DNA of 63,035 nt, filler included, from Octopus bimaculoides (Eukaryota), in the NCBI RefSeq assembly GCF_001194135.2. It is 6 parts of 6 records of this genome, joined end to end, with 100 filler letters (N's around TTAATTAATTAA, not from the genome) between each part and the next. Parts side by side here need not be neighbours in the genome. Positions count along the whole stretch, not along the records: positions 61,193 to 63,035 come from NW_026298669.1; 5 more parts are not named here. One strand, written 5' to 3'. Position 1 is the first letter of the stretch; every line of letters starts with the position of its first letter. Position numbers and translations under genes: made by a program. This document shows, in pieces, positions 62,498 to 63,035 of this stretch. The notes below the pieces were generated by a model, which saw nothing but the letters and a program-made list of their open reading frames with translations, ran no database searches and was not told the DNA's origin.

Positions 62498-62950
62498 GCA
62501 ATATAAAGCCAAAAAGGAAAAAATCTCTGTTGCCACTAATTGTGACTGATGGTGCAGGGTAGCCCTTATATTGATAGAAATAGGGGCTAAAAACTCTTAG
62601 GGCTGCATAAAGTACATGTCTGAGTATTGACAGGGGAGATAATCGCCCCACAGCGAGCGAATTCATCATACTTGTATAGTTTCGCTTTGAATTAAAAGCT
62701 CATCAGTGATGACTACTCTATCGTTATATGGTTTGGCTACATCCTGCCTGTCAGTATATAATATTTGCCATACGAATCAATGGTTGATTCAGCAAAATGG
62801 CAATGGGGGAATTATAAGATAAAGATGTCGGTTATAAGCAATATAAAAACCAAAGAGGGAAAATTCAATTGTCACTAATTGTGACTGAGTGTACCGGGTA
62901 GTACCTTCGTTGCTAGAAAAAGAAGGTAAAAGCCCTTAGGGATGTCTAAG
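62498..62950 (-). mobile_element. Element E3: ~340-bp unit plus part of a second direct copy, containing a hammerhead
   Basis: gcaatataaa..ccaaa..gg.aaa..ttg(c/t)cactaattgtgactga..g.ac/c.gggtag at 62498 and again at 62838. Confidence 0.65.
62659..62718 (-). ncRNA. Type I hammerhead ribozyme with canonical core; predicted cleavage after GUA (between 62669 and 62668)
   Basis: Minus strand gagt-ag-TCATCA CTGATGA GCTTT-taattc-AAAGC GAAA CT-ataca-AG TA TGATGA-attc. Confidence 0.9.
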
Positions 62951-63035
62951 GCAGGGCATAGACATATGCCTCTTTGCGGCCCAAGGGGCTTTTAGCTCTT
63001 ATTTTATGCGCTATAGGTGCTACTTTGTAATGTCA

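Noticed and set aside
16741-62669. Long ORFs of 200-400 aa in the track
   Set aside because: They consist mostly of X from N-gaps or of YI/CV/HT/MY dipeptide runs from microsatellites.

Overview
AT-rich, gap-ridden eukaryotic intron/intergenic-type DNA. The SINE families, RTE/Penelope/Tc1-mariner remnants and dense (AT)n/(GT)n/(ATGT)n/(GAT)n microsatellites point to an octopus (coleoid cephalopod) draft assembly; this is inference from recalled repeat families. No intact long gene is recognisable: every long ORF in the track is a microsatellite, an N-gap read-through or a decayed transposon. Recognisable content: about 20 tRNA-derived or RTE-related SINE copies (several nested, with target-site duplications), RTE, L1/Tx1 and CR1-like LINE fragments, a Penelope-like RT fragment, a decayed Ty3/gypsy gag-pol, five Tc1/mariner transposase remnants, a hAT-type MITE, several minisatellites, and a few low-confidence candidate small exons. 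The most interesting signal is a set of type I hammerhead ribozyme folds. Three (14644-14700 +, 47868-47926 +, 62659-62718 -) differ strongly in sequence but keep the same fold, with compensatory stems, a stem-I bulge, a following G-rich hairpin and a shared terminal motif about 140-160 nt downstream. They sit in short elements arranged as inverted repeats (two cases) or as a ~340-bp direct repeat (one case), suggesting a family of non-autonomous Penelope-pLTR/retrozyme-like self-cleaving elements. Repeat-fragment boundaries were read by eye and are approximate unless a TSD or TIR is quoted.
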